DNA of 64,000 nucleotides. Source: a virus. The stretch covers positions 1 through 64,000 of the IMG/VR virus record IMGVR_UViG_3300045988_077276; one strand, written 5' to 3'. Shown here piece by piece: positions 42,008 to 52,094 of this stretch. The translations under genes and the position numbers were made by a program. The notes beneath the pieces are model-generated. The model ran no database searches, had not been told where the DNA came from, and worked only from the letters and a program-made list of their open reading frames with translations. The stretch's first letter is position 1; every line of letters starts with the position of its first letter.

Positions 42008-42538
42008 CTATAAGGACATGATGGCGTATACTTTAGAATTTAATTCTTCGGTTGTAATCCCAAGATAACGCATGGTGATTGCTTCTGATGAATGATTGAA
42101 TACTTGCATAAGGTATGCGATTGGCACACCCTTACGGTACGCATGATACCCAAATGTCTTACGCATGGAATGTGTACCGATGTTTTCAAGACCGCACTTA
42201 ATGGATGCAGCCTTGATTTTTCTCCATGCTTGGGTGGTCGTGATATGACCATCGCCAGAACGACTTGGGAATAACCAATGTTTGCAACGAGATGCGTATT
42301 CGCATAACATCTCATAGATTTCTTTAGACAATGCAAATCGTTTGAACTTGCCTGTTTTTTGTTCTCGTAATTCCATCATTGGTTTGACATCATCTACGGT
42401 TAAACCGACTAAATCGCTAATGCGTAGACCAGAGTTGATACCCAATGTGAATAACATTTTATCACGGTCGTTGGTCAATGCTTTACGCATTTCATTGACT
42501 TTGGCTAAATCTCTAATTGGTTCTGTTACTGTTGACAT
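42008..42538 (-). CDS. minimal tyrosine recombinase (catalytic domain only, 176 aa; FimB/FimE-sized)
   Basis: GLRISDL (Arg), GTHSMRKTF (HxxR) and NHSSEAITMRYL (His...Tyr). AGGAGGATAAATT lies upstream. There is no N-terminal core- or arm-binding domain. Confidence 0.85.
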   Translation of the reverse strand: MSTVTEPIRDLAKVNEMRKALTNDRDKMLFTLGINSGLRISDLVGLTVDDVKPMMELREQKTGKFKRFALSKEIYEMLCEYASRCKHWLFPSRSGDGHITTTQAWRKIKAASIKCGLENIGTHSMRKTFGYHAYRKGVPIAYLMQVFNHSSEAITMRYLGITTEELNSKVYAIMSL

Positions 42539-42665
42539 AATTTATCCTCCTAATGGGTTGTTCTAATATGACAACCACTATTGTTTCTACATATAGAATA
42601 CACCATGTATGGAAATGTGTCAACACTTTATTTTGTAATTTTTGAAAATATTTTGGAGGTTCTTT

Positions 42666-43274
42666 ATGGAAGAACTACAATTAAAACGAAAGAAGTCGTT
42701 CGAGAATCGAATTGATTTCTTTGGATTGCAAGACTCTGTGACCGAACAGAGAAACGCTGGTAAGTCTTATGTTGCCATCGCACGAGCGTTAAACAAGGAC
42801 AACCAGCAACATCTACAAGGGATTGTCATTACGCCTAAGATGGTTGGTGACTGGTGTCGGTCAAACCTTGTGGAAGAAAAACCCTCTAGCAAGGAATACG
42901 AGGTTGTCAACACATACAATGAACAAAAGAATTTGTTGGAGATGGTTGAAACACAAATCGAAATGATTCAAGTGTTCATTGATGATTTACAATGTCAACA
43001 AGCCGAGGGAACAATGTCGCCAGACATCTTGTATAAACGCATGAAAGACCTAATGAGTGACCAAGAAAAGTACTTTGGTCGTAAACAAGCGATTTTAAAA
43101 GATATGCAAGCAACAATGGAGAAAATCTTTACGTTCCAAGCAATGAACTCTATTATTGTTGAAATCATGCGTATTATCACGGAAAAAGACCCTAAGTTGG
43201 CAGAACAAATCACTAAAGAAATAAAAACAAATCAAATATTATTGTCTAATTACGCAAAAATCCAACAAAATTAA
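42666..43274 (+). CDS. putative terminase small subunit
   Basis: ATG 42666 follows GGAGG. HTH-like GKSYVAIARALN. It sits immediately upstream of TerL. Confidence 0.5.
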   Translation: MEELQLKRKKSFENRIDFFGLQDSVTEQRNAGKSYVAIARALNKDNQQHLQGIVITPKMVGDWCRSNLVEEKPSSKEYEVVNTYNEQKNLLEMVETQIEMIQVFIDDLQCQQAEGTMSPDILYKRMKDLMSDQEKYFGRKQAILKDMQATMEKIFTFQAMNSIIVEIMRIITEKDPKLAEQITKEIKTNQILLSNYAKIQQN

Positions 43275-43366
43275 GAATATTTATCTAAATATTATCGAAA
43301 AACCTTAACTTTTTACTGGATTTTTTCACTATAAGTGAGAACAATTACCACTTAGGAGGTGTGTCC

Positions 43367-45046
43367 GTGGCTGAAAACATTTTGGACTCGCTATTGGGTG
43401 TGTCCGTGGCGAACACAGAGCCATCAAGTGACACTCCATCTGATAAAGATATTGGTGCAACAGACTTGGAATATTTTGCCAAGACATATTTTCCGCATAT
43501 CTTCTCAACGCCATTCTGTGAATTTCATCACTCAATGTTCCGTGATGCGGAGAACATGATATTGCACTTTGACAATCTACACAATAAGTTCGTTCGTGCA
43601 GCACCACGAGGTCACGGCAAAAGCCGTATTATATCCGTTGTGTTTCCGATATGGCTAATTGTGTATGGTTACCGCAAGAACATACTGATTATTTCAGATA
43701 CCTTTGAACAAGCCAAAGAGTTTATCCAAACAATCAAGGATGAACTAGAAGATAATGAACGCTTGAAAGCAGACTTTGGTCTTCTTAAAGGTGATAAAAC
43801 ATGGGCGAGCGATAAGATTGTCACCAAGAATAAAATACAAGTGTTTGCAAAATCAAGTGGTCAATCCTTGCGTGGTTCTTCATATAACAACATTCGTCCA
43901 GAAGTTGTAATATTAGACGACTTAGAAAATGACGAAGCGGTGGAAACTGAAAATCAACGCAAGAAATTATACGATTGGTTTATGAAAGTATTAATGCCAA
44001 TCGGCAACCCAAGAACCGTATTCTTGTATGTCGGTTCGGTTTTGCATTATGAGGCTTTGTTATACAAAGTACTGACCGACTCCAAGTTTAACAACTGGAA
44101 TCGTGCCATATATAAAGCCGTATATTCTTTTTCTGAAAGTCCACGATGGACTGTATGGGAAGAATTGTTTAACGACTTGACAGACCCTAATGCTGCACAA
44201 AACGCATCTGATTACTTCAATGAACACAAAGAAGAAATGATGGATGGCGTGGAAGTAATGTGGGAGGGTCGAAACTTTGGTCTGTTTGAACATTTAGATT
44301 GCTCGTTTGACGAGAAGATGAAACTATCTAGGGATAACTGGTATCAAGAACTCATGATTCTAAAAATGCAAGATGATGAAGCATTTAACTCTGAGTACCA
44401 AAATAACCCTATGACCGAAGCTAGTCGAATATTTAAAGAATCGTGGATTAAATCCAATTATTATGACGAAACAAATTTACCGCATATGAAACAAATTTAT
44501 GCTGCGGTCGATGTGTCAATGGGGAAATCACGAACATCTGATTATTCGGCAATCCTTATTGTTGGTCGTGGCGTTGATAACTACTTTTATGTACTAGAAG
44601 CAGATGTCGAACGTAGACCACCAGATGCAATCATTAATGATATTCTCTTGTATCTTGACAAATACAACGGAAGATTGGATGGATTCATTGTCGAAGAAAA
44701 CGTATTCCAAGAGTTCTTTTCTAAAACATTACAACAAACCGCACTTGACATGGGTTTATATGTCAACTGGGTATCCGTTCGGTCTACCGCAAGTGACAAC
44801 AAAGGCACACGCATCCGTTCGCTTGCTCCGAAGATTAAACAAGGGTATATCAAGTTTAATAAAAACCATCGTATCTTGGAAAGTCAACTTAAGAACTTCC
44901 CAAAAGACCACGATGATGCACCAGATTGCTTAGAACGATGTATTGCGAAGTTCTTAGAAAACTCTGCGACTATTGCAGTCGGTTCTATTGGCAGTCAGAA
45001 CAAACGTAAAAACATTTTATCATTCATGAAAGGTTGGAAACGATGA
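43367..45046 (+). CDS. terminase large subunit
   Basis: Walker A-like AAPRGHGKSRI, Walker B VVILDDLENDE, and nuclease-domain AAVDVSMGKSRTSDYSAILIVG. GTG 43367 lies 7 nt after AGGAGG. The alternative start is GTG 43361. Confidence 0.9.
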   Translation: MAENILDSLLGVSVANTEPSSDTPSDKDIGATDLEYFAKTYFPHIFSTPFCEFHHSMFRDAENMILHFDNLHNKFVRAAPRGHGKSRIISVVFPIWLIVYGYRKNILIISDTFEQAKEFIQTIKDELEDNERLKADFGLLKGDKTWASDKIVTKNKIQVFAKSSGQSLRGSSYNNIRPEVVILDDLENDEAVETENQRKKLYDWFMKVLMPIGNPRTVFLYVGSVLHYEALLYKVLTDSKFNNWNRAIYKAVYSFSESPRWTVWEELFNDLTDPNAAQNASDYFNEHKEEMMDGVEVMWEGRNFGLFEHLDCSFDEKMKLSRDNWYQELMILKMQDDEAFNSEYQNNPMTEASRIFKESWIKSNYYDETNLPHMKQIYAAVDVSMGKSRTSDYSAILIVGRGVDNYFYVLEADVERRPPDAIINDILLYLDKYNGRLDGFIVEENVFQEFFSKTLQQTALDMGLYVNWVSVRSTASDNKGTRIRSLAPKIKQGYIKFNKNHRILESQLKNFPKDHDDAPDCLERCIAKFLENSATIAVGSIGSQNKRKNILSFMKGWKR

Positions 45047-46362
45047 ATCTTAAACAACGAATCTTATCATGGATGAGTAAAACTATACTAAGGGATACGG
45101 TTGCCAATCTAAAGAATACTTGGTTGTCTTCTTTTAGATTTAACAATCGAGCAACCGAAACAAAACTTAGTGTAGAAGAACTACGGAATCTATCAAGAAC
45201 ACCGATTGTACGTTCTGCAATCAATCAAATCCGAGAGGGTATTCTTGCGTTGCCTTGGGAAGTTGTTTCCATTGATGGTAACGCAAACAAGAAACAAATC
45301 AAACAGGTCACACAGATTATTCAAAATCCGAATCCTGTTGATGATTACAACGACTTCATTGGTAAGCTATTTGAAGACTTGATTGTCTTAGACCTTGCGT
45401 TCTTTGAACAAAAGGTAGTCAAAGGATATAGACCTTTGTATTTATTCCCAATCGACACAGAAACAATCGAGGTAGCAACCAACTGGAGTGGTGACTTAAA
45501 TCAACCACGATTTTTACAATCCGTAAATGGACATCAAGAATGGTACAAGGTTGATAAAATCGCCATGTTGCAACGCACGAAACTGACATATGATGAGTTT
45601 GGTTTATCACCATTAGAGCAAGCATATCGGCATATCAAATACCTAGCAGAAGTACAAGAGTATGCAAACGATATTTCCTCTAATGCGATGCCAAAGTACT
45701 TAGTCAACATGGGTGCATCCGCAAGTGAAGAAGAAATCGAAAAAATTCGGTTATACATTGCGAATGAAATCCAAGGTCAATCTGCGGTTGCAATCGTTGG
45801 TTCTGCACAATTGGATGCCAAACAGATTTCACCGATTGGTGATGAAGCTGCATCCTTGAATTGGCAGAAAATGTTGCTACAGATTATTGCGACTTGTTTC
45901 AATATCCCTCCAGAACGATTAGGTGTGGCGATTTCAAATGACCGTTCTACCTCATCTGAAAAAGATAATGAAATGTTGGAATACACAATTAAACCTTGGG
46001 CGAAGATTTTTGAACGAGCGTTTAATAAATACGTGATTGCACGTTTGGGTTATTCCGATAGTATTAAATTCCAATTCGTATTTACTCCAACCAAGGCACA
46101 ACAGGCAGATGCCGTTGAACGTGTTCGTAAACTCGTTGATGGTAATATTATCACATTAAACGAAGCACGTCAAGAGTTAAATGGTGTTCTTGGTATCGAA
46201 CTGAAAGATATTCCGTCTGGCGATTCATTGCTGGAAGAATATAAATCATCTTTGATTCAAAAGCGTGTACAAGACGATGAACAAGAAATTGACACGACCG
46301 ATGAACCGAAGAAATCTACAGAGAAAGGAGAAGCCGATGGAAAAACAAAAAGTACAACTTAA
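45043..46362 (+). CDS. portal protein
   Basis: Position after TerL (ATGA overlap), size of about 440 aa, and a portal-like central region ...SAVAIVGSAQLDAKQISPIGDEAASLNWQKMLLQII... Confidence 0.8.
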   Translation: MNLKQRILSWMSKTILRDTVANLKNTWLSSFRFNNRATETKLSVEELRNLSRTPIVRSAINQIREGILALPWEVVSIDGNANKKQIKQVTQIIQNPNPVDDYNDFIGKLFEDLIVLDLAFFEQKVVKGYRPLYLFPIDTETIEVATNWSGDLNQPRFLQSVNGHQEWYKVDKIAMLQRTKLTYDEFGLSPLEQAYRHIKYLAEVQEYANDISSNAMPKYLVNMGASASEEEIEKIRLYIANEIQGQSAVAIVGSAQLDAKQISPIGDEAASLNWQKMLLQIIATCFNIPPERLGVAISNDRSTSSEKDNEMLEYTIKPWAKIFERAFNKYVIARLGYSDSIKFQFVFTPTKAQQADAVERVRKLVDGNIITLNEARQELNGVLGIELKDIPSGDSLLEEYKSSLIQKRVQDDEQEIDTTDEPKKSTEKGEADGKTKSTT

Positions 46363-47254
46363 CGCCAGTGCAATTAAAGTTATACTAGATAATCAACATA
46401 CGAATTCCATGCGTTTTACTGGTACGTGTATGTTCTTAAATGAACCATCTGATTATATTCCCGGTGGTGTTGATAAACCTGTGATGTTATCATCTGAAGT
46501 TGCCGAAGCGTGTGCATCTACGATGAACCTTATGGGTATCAATTGTGATTACGACCCTTGGTTATTTCCAGATGAAGTCATGATGGCACATGACCGTAGA
46601 AATAAAATTGGTGTAGTTGAAAAATGTTGGGTTGACGGTAATGAACTTAAGTTCACTGGTATTATCTACAAGAATGACTTTCCAGACGTTGCAGAGTTTA
46701 TCAAAAAGACTGTAGACTCTCTAGGATTCTCTGTGGAAGCCATTTTCAATATCCACGAGTTTGAAGACCATATTGAAATGGCGGATGTTGAATTTACTGG
46801 TGTTGCTATGTTGTTTAAAAACGCAGCCGCATACCAAAATACGTATATTGCAGAAATTGCCGCAAAGGCGAAAGGAAAACAACTAATGAACGAACAAGAA
46901 ATTAAAGCCTTGGTTGATGAAGCCGTTAAGGCATCCATTGAAGCACAAGCGAAAGCACAAGCACAAGCGGAAGAAGCTAAAGCACTAAAAGATGCAAAAG
47001 CCGAAGTTGAACGCTTGACTGCCGAATGTTCCGCTAAAGATGCATTGATTGCTGAAAAAGATACTAAGATTGCAGAACTTGAAAAATCTGTTGAAACAAA
47101 AGATGCAGAAATCGAAGCTGGTAAAGCAGAAGCCGAAAAACAAACTGTAATTTCCGATGTTAAAAACTTGGAAACTAAAGCTAAGTTGGAAGCTGGTAAA
47201 GCTGACAAAGAATTTGATAACTTTGCAGATGGCATCGAAGCTATGTGTAAATAA
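46337..47254 (+). CDS. prohead protease (HK97/S78-like) fused to an Ala/Lys/Glu-rich scaffold-like coiled coil
   Basis: MAHDRRNKIGVVEKCWVDGNELKF and DSLGFSVEA resemble the His and Ser blocks. The C-terminal ~110 aa is AKAQAQAEEAKALKDAKAEVERL... Confidence 0.7.
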   Translation: MEKQKVQLNASAIKVILDNQHTNSMRFTGTCMFLNEPSDYIPGGVDKPVMLSSEVAEACASTMNLMGINCDYDPWLFPDEVMMAHDRRNKIGVVEKCWVDGNELKFTGIIYKNDFPDVAEFIKKTVDSLGFSVEAIFNIHEFEDHIEMADVEFTGVAMLFKNAAAYQNTYIAEIAAKAKGKQLMNEQEIKALVDEAVKASIEAQAKAQAQAEEAKALKDAKAEVERLTAECSAKDALIAEKDTKIAELEKSVETKDAEIEAGKAEAEKQTVISDVKNLETKAKLEAGKADKEFDNFADGIEAMCK

Positions 47255-47306
47255 TTACGCATAATATATTTTGTTGATTTGATTTTATATCATAGGAGAA
47301 ATAACT

Positions 47307-48326
47307 GTGGCAGTAACAAAATCCAAATTTATTACAGCAGCTGCCGTTGCTGATTATAACCAATCTCATTACATCGAGTTGCCTAAATTCCAAAACTTGA
47401 TGGTTGATTTACTAAATCGTAATGTAACAATCCGTAATCGTATCACACCTGTTATGGCGACTGGCTACCCATCTCGTTACTGGGAACAAACAAAAATCGC
47501 ACACAATGCGAAATTCGTAAATCCACGCACAGGTGATGCTGGTAAATACGGCGTTGACACTTACGATGAAGATTACGGTCGTGTAGAAAAGGCAGTATAT
47601 CTTAAAGCTATCACATCTGGTATTAAATACTCTTTGTTTGATACAGAAGTTGTAGCACAACAAGGTGATGCCTTGGCAAAAGCCTTATTGAATAAAGATA
47701 TGGAAGACATGATTGTTGACTTGCTTCAAACTTCCAACAAAGGTATCTGGACTGGTGCAGCAACTGCGGCAGACGATTCTACATCTGTTGAATACTGTGG
47801 TTTGGCAACTCAAATTACCGATGCAGTAACTGTGGCTAACCCTTATAGCTTTGCAACTGGTACAGGCGAGTTTGTAACTGATACAATCCGTACTAAGATG
47901 GCATCCAACTTGGCATCCACAAAATACATCGGTATGCCTACTGCAATCTACGCTAACCCATTGACAATCGACTACTTAAGCCGTGCTGAATTAAAACGCC
48001 CGGGTTTTGCAGTTAACCAATCTGCGGATAAAATGGACTTGGGTAATGGTTTCGTGGTAAATACAATCCGTACACAAGCTGGTTATTTACCATTAATTCC
48101 AGACAACTATATTCCATTTGACCCAACTAACAAAAAACATACATTGTATGTAGTCAACGAAAACTTGATTGAACGCCATTACTTGACTAATGCAGAACCA
48201 CGCATCTTCAAAATGGGTCTTACTAAAGGTCTATTGGACGAATACGTTGCAGTAATGTTCGATGCAATTGTTGCCAAAGGTGCAAGTGCTGGTGCTCACT
48301 TCAAAGTTGAATTTACCGAAGCGTAA
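47307..48326 (+). CDS. major capsid protein
   Basis: GTG 47307 follows AGGAGAA. 339 aa, placed immediately after the protease/scaffold gene, with a strong terminator downstream. Confidence 0.75.
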   Translation: MAVTKSKFITAAAVADYNQSHYIELPKFQNLMVDLLNRNVTIRNRITPVMATGYPSRYWEQTKIAHNAKFVNPRTGDAGKYGVDTYDEDYGRVEKAVYLKAITSGIKYSLFDTEVVAQQGDALAKALLNKDMEDMIVDLLQTSNKGIWTGAATAADDSTSVEYCGLATQITDAVTVANPYSFATGTGEFVTDTIRTKMASNLASTKYIGMPTAIYANPLTIDYLSRAELKRPGFAVNQSADKMDLGNGFVVNTIRTQAGYLPLIPDNYIPFDPTNKKHTLYVVNENLIERHYLTNAEPRIFKMGLTKGLLDEYVAVMFDAIVAKGASAGAHFKVEFTEA

Positions 48327-48353
48327 TACGCCTAATTCAAACGATTAATCACA

Positions 48354-48381
48354 GGGGTGTCTTTTGACACCCCAATGTTTT
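48354..48381 (+). terminator. terminator after the capsid gene
   Basis: GGGGTGTC-TTTT-GACACCCC, followed by AATGTTTT. Confidence 0.7.
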
Positions 48382-48402
48382 AACCGAATGGAGATTTTTA
48401 CT

Positions 48403-48621
48403 ATGTTAGTAACATTAAAAGACAGTAATGCAACACGTATTTATCTGTGCGGTCGCATTATCGAGTCTGATAACGGTCGCTTTGAAGTTTCCGAGGAAGA
48501 ATATGCTTTAAATGAAGCAGTATTAGAGCCTGTGGATAAAAAAGCTGGCAAGGTTATCAAACCAAAAACAAAATCTACGGAAGACGTTGTAGACGAAGTA
48601 GACGAAGATTCTGCCCAATAG
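48403..48621 (+). CDS. hypothetical head-associated protein (acidic C-terminus)
   Basis: In-frame ATG 48403, about 9 nt after GGAG. Confidence 0.5.
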   Translation: MLVTLKDSNATRIYLCGRIIESDNGRFEVSEEEYALNEAVLEPVDKKAGKVIKPKTKSTEDVVDEVDEDSAQ

Positions 48622-48631
48622 GAGATAAATC

Positions 48632-49201
48632 ATGGTATACTTAGATGCAACAGAAATTGACGAATATTGTCAAATGATTCCAGTTGATGAAAGTCATGTT
48701 CAGTTTGCATCGACTATGATTGATGCCTACGTTGGAACAAACAATGGACAATCGAAATTTACATCCAACGAAATCACCGAAATTGTCAAACCGAATCGCA
48801 AAGGCGTGTTGATTCTAAAGAATGACCCTGTGATTAATATTCTGTCAATCCAAGCAATTCACACACGAGATATAAACGAAGACGGAGTTGAGATTGAACC
48901 GTACTTGTATGACTTTGATGGTAGCAAGTATGTATATTTATTGAATAACACATCCGCCATGACATATTCTCAAATATTCTCGCATAATGCAAGATTTTAC
49001 AAAGTACGTTACAACTATGGGTTCGCTGAAATTCCACGAGAAGTAAAAACGGCTTGTGCAATGCTTGCGATGAATATATCACAGGTTTCTACATTCACCG
49101 CTTTAAATTCCATGACAACTTTGGATGCTCGATTTTCATTAACTGACCCAAACTTATTTACAAACGAAATCAAATCATTGTTATCACGATACAGATTCTA
49201 A
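48632..49201 (+). CDS. head-tail connector (gp6-like adaptor), positional call
   Basis: AGGAGA SD. The position and an N-terminus MVYLDATEIDEYCQMIPVDESHVQFASTMIDAYVG are typical of head-tail adaptors. Confidence 0.5.
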   Translation: MVYLDATEIDEYCQMIPVDESHVQFASTMIDAYVGTNNGQSKFTSNEITEIVKPNRKGVLILKNDPVINILSIQAIHTRDINEDGVEIEPYLYDFDGSKYVYLLNNTSAMTYSQIFSHNARFYKVRYNYGFAEIPREVKTACAMLAMNISQVSTFTALNSMTTLDARFSLTDPNLFTNEIKSLLSRYRF

Positions 49202-49213
49202 ACGGAGGTATAT

Positions 49214-49801
49214 ATGCGAGAAAAATATACACCAAAGTTTGACTGTACACGGATGTTCGCATCATGGCGTGAAACCATTAAATGCGATGGTAAAAAACCA
49301 GAGTTTGTGTTATTTACACGAATCGGTCGTGGTACAAAACGGTTTCTTGTAAACAATGTTCGTTGGGGAAACCTTATGTCAGATTCCTCATTGGAAGCTG
49401 GTGATATATGCGAACGTAGAAACGGTGATACGTTATTCTTGGTCGCAAAAACAAACTCATTCAATGGTGACAAGGGTGAGTTCTACACAACAAATACAAT
49501 CGTAAATATCTATGACATCGAAACCACAACAGACGAGTATGGCAATACCAGTGGTACATCAACAACGCTTAAGGTGAAAGACTTAAAGTGTGTCTATGAA
49601 GATGTGTCCGCTAAGATGCACTTGTTCGATTATGGTTTGCTACCAACTACTACAAAGCGATTTATTCTACCAAGGGATACGGATGTTGCACTATTGGATA
49701 GAATCGAAATCAATGGACAGTTTTTACAAATAGATGTAATTAACAGGTTCGATTTTGCACCATTCCTGTATGTGCAATGTTCACCAGACGAGCGTGGCTA
49801 A
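49214..49801 (+). CDS. head closure / head-tail joining protein (positional)
   Basis: Track ORF with a GGAGG SD. Confidence 0.45.
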   Translation: MREKYTPKFDCTRMFASWRETIKCDGKKPEFVLFTRIGRGTKRFLVNNVRWGNLMSDSSLEAGDICERRNGDTLFLVAKTNSFNGDKGEFYTTNTIVNIYDIETTTDEYGNTSGTSTTLKVKDLKCVYEDVSAKMHLFDYGLLPTTTKRFILPRDTDVALLDRIEINGQFLQIDVINRFDFAPFLYVQCSPDERG

Positions 49802-49802
49802 C

Positions 49803-50396
49803 ATGAAGACAATGCAAGATGTAATCGCTAAGGTATTAGAAGACCATTTAGATGTACTGACTGACCGTATCAAACAAATATGGGCAGTTGCAGACGAGGG
49901 CATCTATACTGACCACCATATAGTCCTTAGAAGATTCACACCAAGCGTCAACATGGTTAGACTTGGCTTAGACATCACAGGTCTTGGGGCGTTCATCCTA
50001 GAGTATGGCTCTGGTTCGTTCATGGTAACGAATACAAGTGCGGAACTTGGGGAGTTTGGCAACCCAGACTTACCAGAATACATGGCATCATCTTGGTATA
50101 ACGATAATCGTTCATCGAACGGCAATGCAATCATGGGTCGCAATCAGGGAGAAACTGTACATTCACCAACGATGGGTGTACCAGATTATAAATCCAAAGG
50201 TCACTTCAAGGGTATCAACTTAGAAGAACCTATGAAGAAATCCAAGCTAAAGCCTTTAGAACCAAAAGAACCGATGTTTGTTGTCGAAACAGAAATCGTT
50301 CATTGGTTGAAAGAATTGGATGAGGCTATTGACGATGCAGTATCTGATTATATCGAAACCCAACTAGATAATGCTTTTAAAGGAGTAATCGCATGA
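49803..50396 (+). CDS. tail-completion / neck protein (positional)
   Basis: In-frame ATG 49803, directly after the upstream stop. Confidence 0.45.
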   Translation: MKTMQDVIAKVLEDHLDVLTDRIKQIWAVADEGIYTDHHIVLRRFTPSVNMVRLGLDITGLGAFILEYGSGSFMVTNTSAELGEFGNPDLPEYMASSWYNDNRSSNGNAIMGRNQGETVHSPTMGVPDYKSKGHFKGINLEEPMKKSKLKPLEPKEPMFVVETEIVHWLKELDEAIDDAVSDYIETQLDNAFKGVIA

Positions 50397-50812
50397 AGTA
50401 TACGGTACAACTATTGGACGAACTGTGGAATATCTTGCGACAAGACGAAGAAATGGCTTCGTTATTACGCATAAAAGATACACAATCAATCCAAGAGTGG
50501 AACTCTAAGATTAGGCGTGGTCTTGCTGGTGCGGAACTCGTTGACGAAAAACAAGATATTTACATAATCATGTCATTCATTCCATCTGTTGGTAATACCA
50601 AGAATTGGATGGTCAACAAGAATCTGTTAGAATTTAGAATCATCGGTCGTTCTAACAACAGAAAACTTGTGAATGATTTATACATACATTTGAATAAACT
50701 TTTAAAGGAACATTATCAAGAAATGTCCATCTATACCGAGGGTTCATTCTCTACTGGTACGGCTGGCTTAATCGGTTATATGTTTCGTGTTAGACCTTTT
50801 ACATGGTCATAA
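50393..50812 (+). CDS. tail terminator-like protein (positional)
   Basis: ATGA overlap with the upstream gene. Confidence 0.45.
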   Translation: MKYTVQLLDELWNILRQDEEMASLLRIKDTQSIQEWNSKIRRGLAGAELVDEKQDIYIIMSFIPSVGNTKNWMVNKNLLEFRIIGRSNNRKLVNDLYIHLNKLLKEHYQEMSIYTEGSFSTGTAGLIGYMFRVRPFTWS

Positions 50813-50828
50813 TCATAGGAGATAATTA

Positions 50829-51632
50829 ATGGCACAACAAACAGGCAAAAACTTTGTATTGAATGGTGTTGGCGAAGCATGGGCAAAACGTATCGTAAAC
50901 GGTAAAGTTGAAGCCTATAAACTTGGTACACTTCAAACAATGAAACTATCTTTCAGTTCCTCTGATGAAAAAGTCTATGGTTCTGATGCTTTACCACCAA
51001 TCTATATCTTGAATAAAGAATCCAATGTTCAAGCATCTTTCACCGAAGCACGTTTCAACCTTGATTACTTGGGTGTAACTGCTGGTGCTGATGTAGACAA
51101 CAACGGTACTTTAATCTTTAGTGTAAAACCTACATTGATTGCAAGCGGTACTACATTTACTGTTCCAAGCGTATCCAATGTTATCCCAGAAGATACAATC
51201 GTTGTACTTGCGAATGACAATCAAATGGAAGACGAACGTGAAACATTAAAGTACACAAAAAGTACAACTCCATCCGCTGGTGAATTTACAATTGATGCAA
51301 GTGGTCAAATCACTTTGGGTCAATCTGTAACAAACAAATTCATTGAAGTATCTGGTCTTCGTACTGATACTATGAGCCGTAAAGCTACAATGAAAGCAAC
51401 TAGCGTACCACAATTCGTTGAAATTCGTCACGTTTCCAATCCTGTTGATATGGGCGATGGTAAGAAAGTTATCTTGCATACTCATATCTTCCGTGCTAGA
51501 GCGACTGGCAAAATGGATATTGACCATGAACGTCAAAAAGCATCTGCACCACAACTTGAATTTGAAGTTATGTACGATACAACTCGTACAGACGGCAAAA
51601 TCTTGGAAATCACACAAGAAATCCAAGGCTAA
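50829..51632 (+). CDS. major tail (tube) protein
   Basis: AGGAGA SD. It sits immediately upstream of the chaperone/tape-measure pair, with a strong terminator downstream. Confidence 0.65.
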   Translation: MAQQTGKNFVLNGVGEAWAKRIVNGKVEAYKLGTLQTMKLSFSSSDEKVYGSDALPPIYILNKESNVQASFTEARFNLDYLGVTAGADVDNNGTLIFSVKPTLIASGTTFTVPSVSNVIPEDTIVVLANDNQMEDERETLKYTKSTTPSAGEFTIDASGQITLGQSVTNKFIEVSGLRTDTMSRKATMKATSVPQFVEIRHVSNPVDMGDGKKVILHTHIFRARATGKMDIDHERQKASAPQLEFEVMYDTTRTDGKILEITQEIQG

Positions 51633-51639
51633 TATCATG

Positions 51640-51667
51640 GGGGCATCTTCGGATGCCCCTATTTTTT
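51640..51667 (+). terminator. terminator after the major tail gene
   Basis: GGGGCATC-TTCG-GATGCCCC, followed by TATTTTTT. Confidence 0.8.
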
Positions 51668-51686
51668 ATTATATGGAGAACTTTAG

Positions 51687-52094
51687 ATGTCAAATACTTT
51701 AATTCCACAAGAAAAATACATTATGTTAAACGGCAAGGAATATAAAATTTATCCAATGTTGCTAAAAGATTACAACAAAGTTGAACGTCTATTGTCTAAA
51801 ATAAATGACCAGTATTTATATTTGAACTTACCATCACCAATTTTAGACGAAGATGGCAAAGAAGTGTTAGATGCCAATGGCAAGGTGAAATATGACTATG
51901 TGGCATTTAACTCCATGTGTGAATTGTTTGAGATGGCGTTACGTATTCCACGAAAAGAATTAATTAACGCAATCGACTTAGACAATGGTGTACAACTGTT
52001 GGATGAATATTTGTCTATTAGTGGTCTAAAAAAAAAGATGATGGGTCTAATGGCACAGGAACTGCCAAGGGTGAATCTGGAGGACTTGACCTAG
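51687..52094 (+). CDS. tail assembly chaperone (G-like, zero-frame product)
   Basis: Position directly upstream of the tape measure. It contains the A9 slippery run near its 3' end. Confidence 0.75.
   Translation: MSNTLIPQEKYIMLNGKEYKIYPMLLKDYNKVERLLSKINDQYLYLNLPSPILDEDGKEVLDANGKVKYDYVAFNSMCELFEMALRIPRKELINAIDLDNGVQLLDEYLSISGLKKKMMGLMAQELPRVNLEDLT

Noticed and set aside
42008-42538. Calling the recombinase a conventional lysogeny integrase and the phage temperate
   Set aside because: The protein lacks the N-terminal DNA-binding domains, no adjacent CI/Cro-type switch was found, and no attP-like tRNA fragment was recognised. Lysogeny is left open rather than asserted.
46666-47262. A 198 aa antisense ORF opposite the protease-scaffold gene
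   Set aside because: It is a mirror image of the Ala/Lys/Glu codon repeats (GCN/AAR/GAR read in reverse as Ser/Ala/Phe/Leu). It has no SD, and every late gene is on the + strand.
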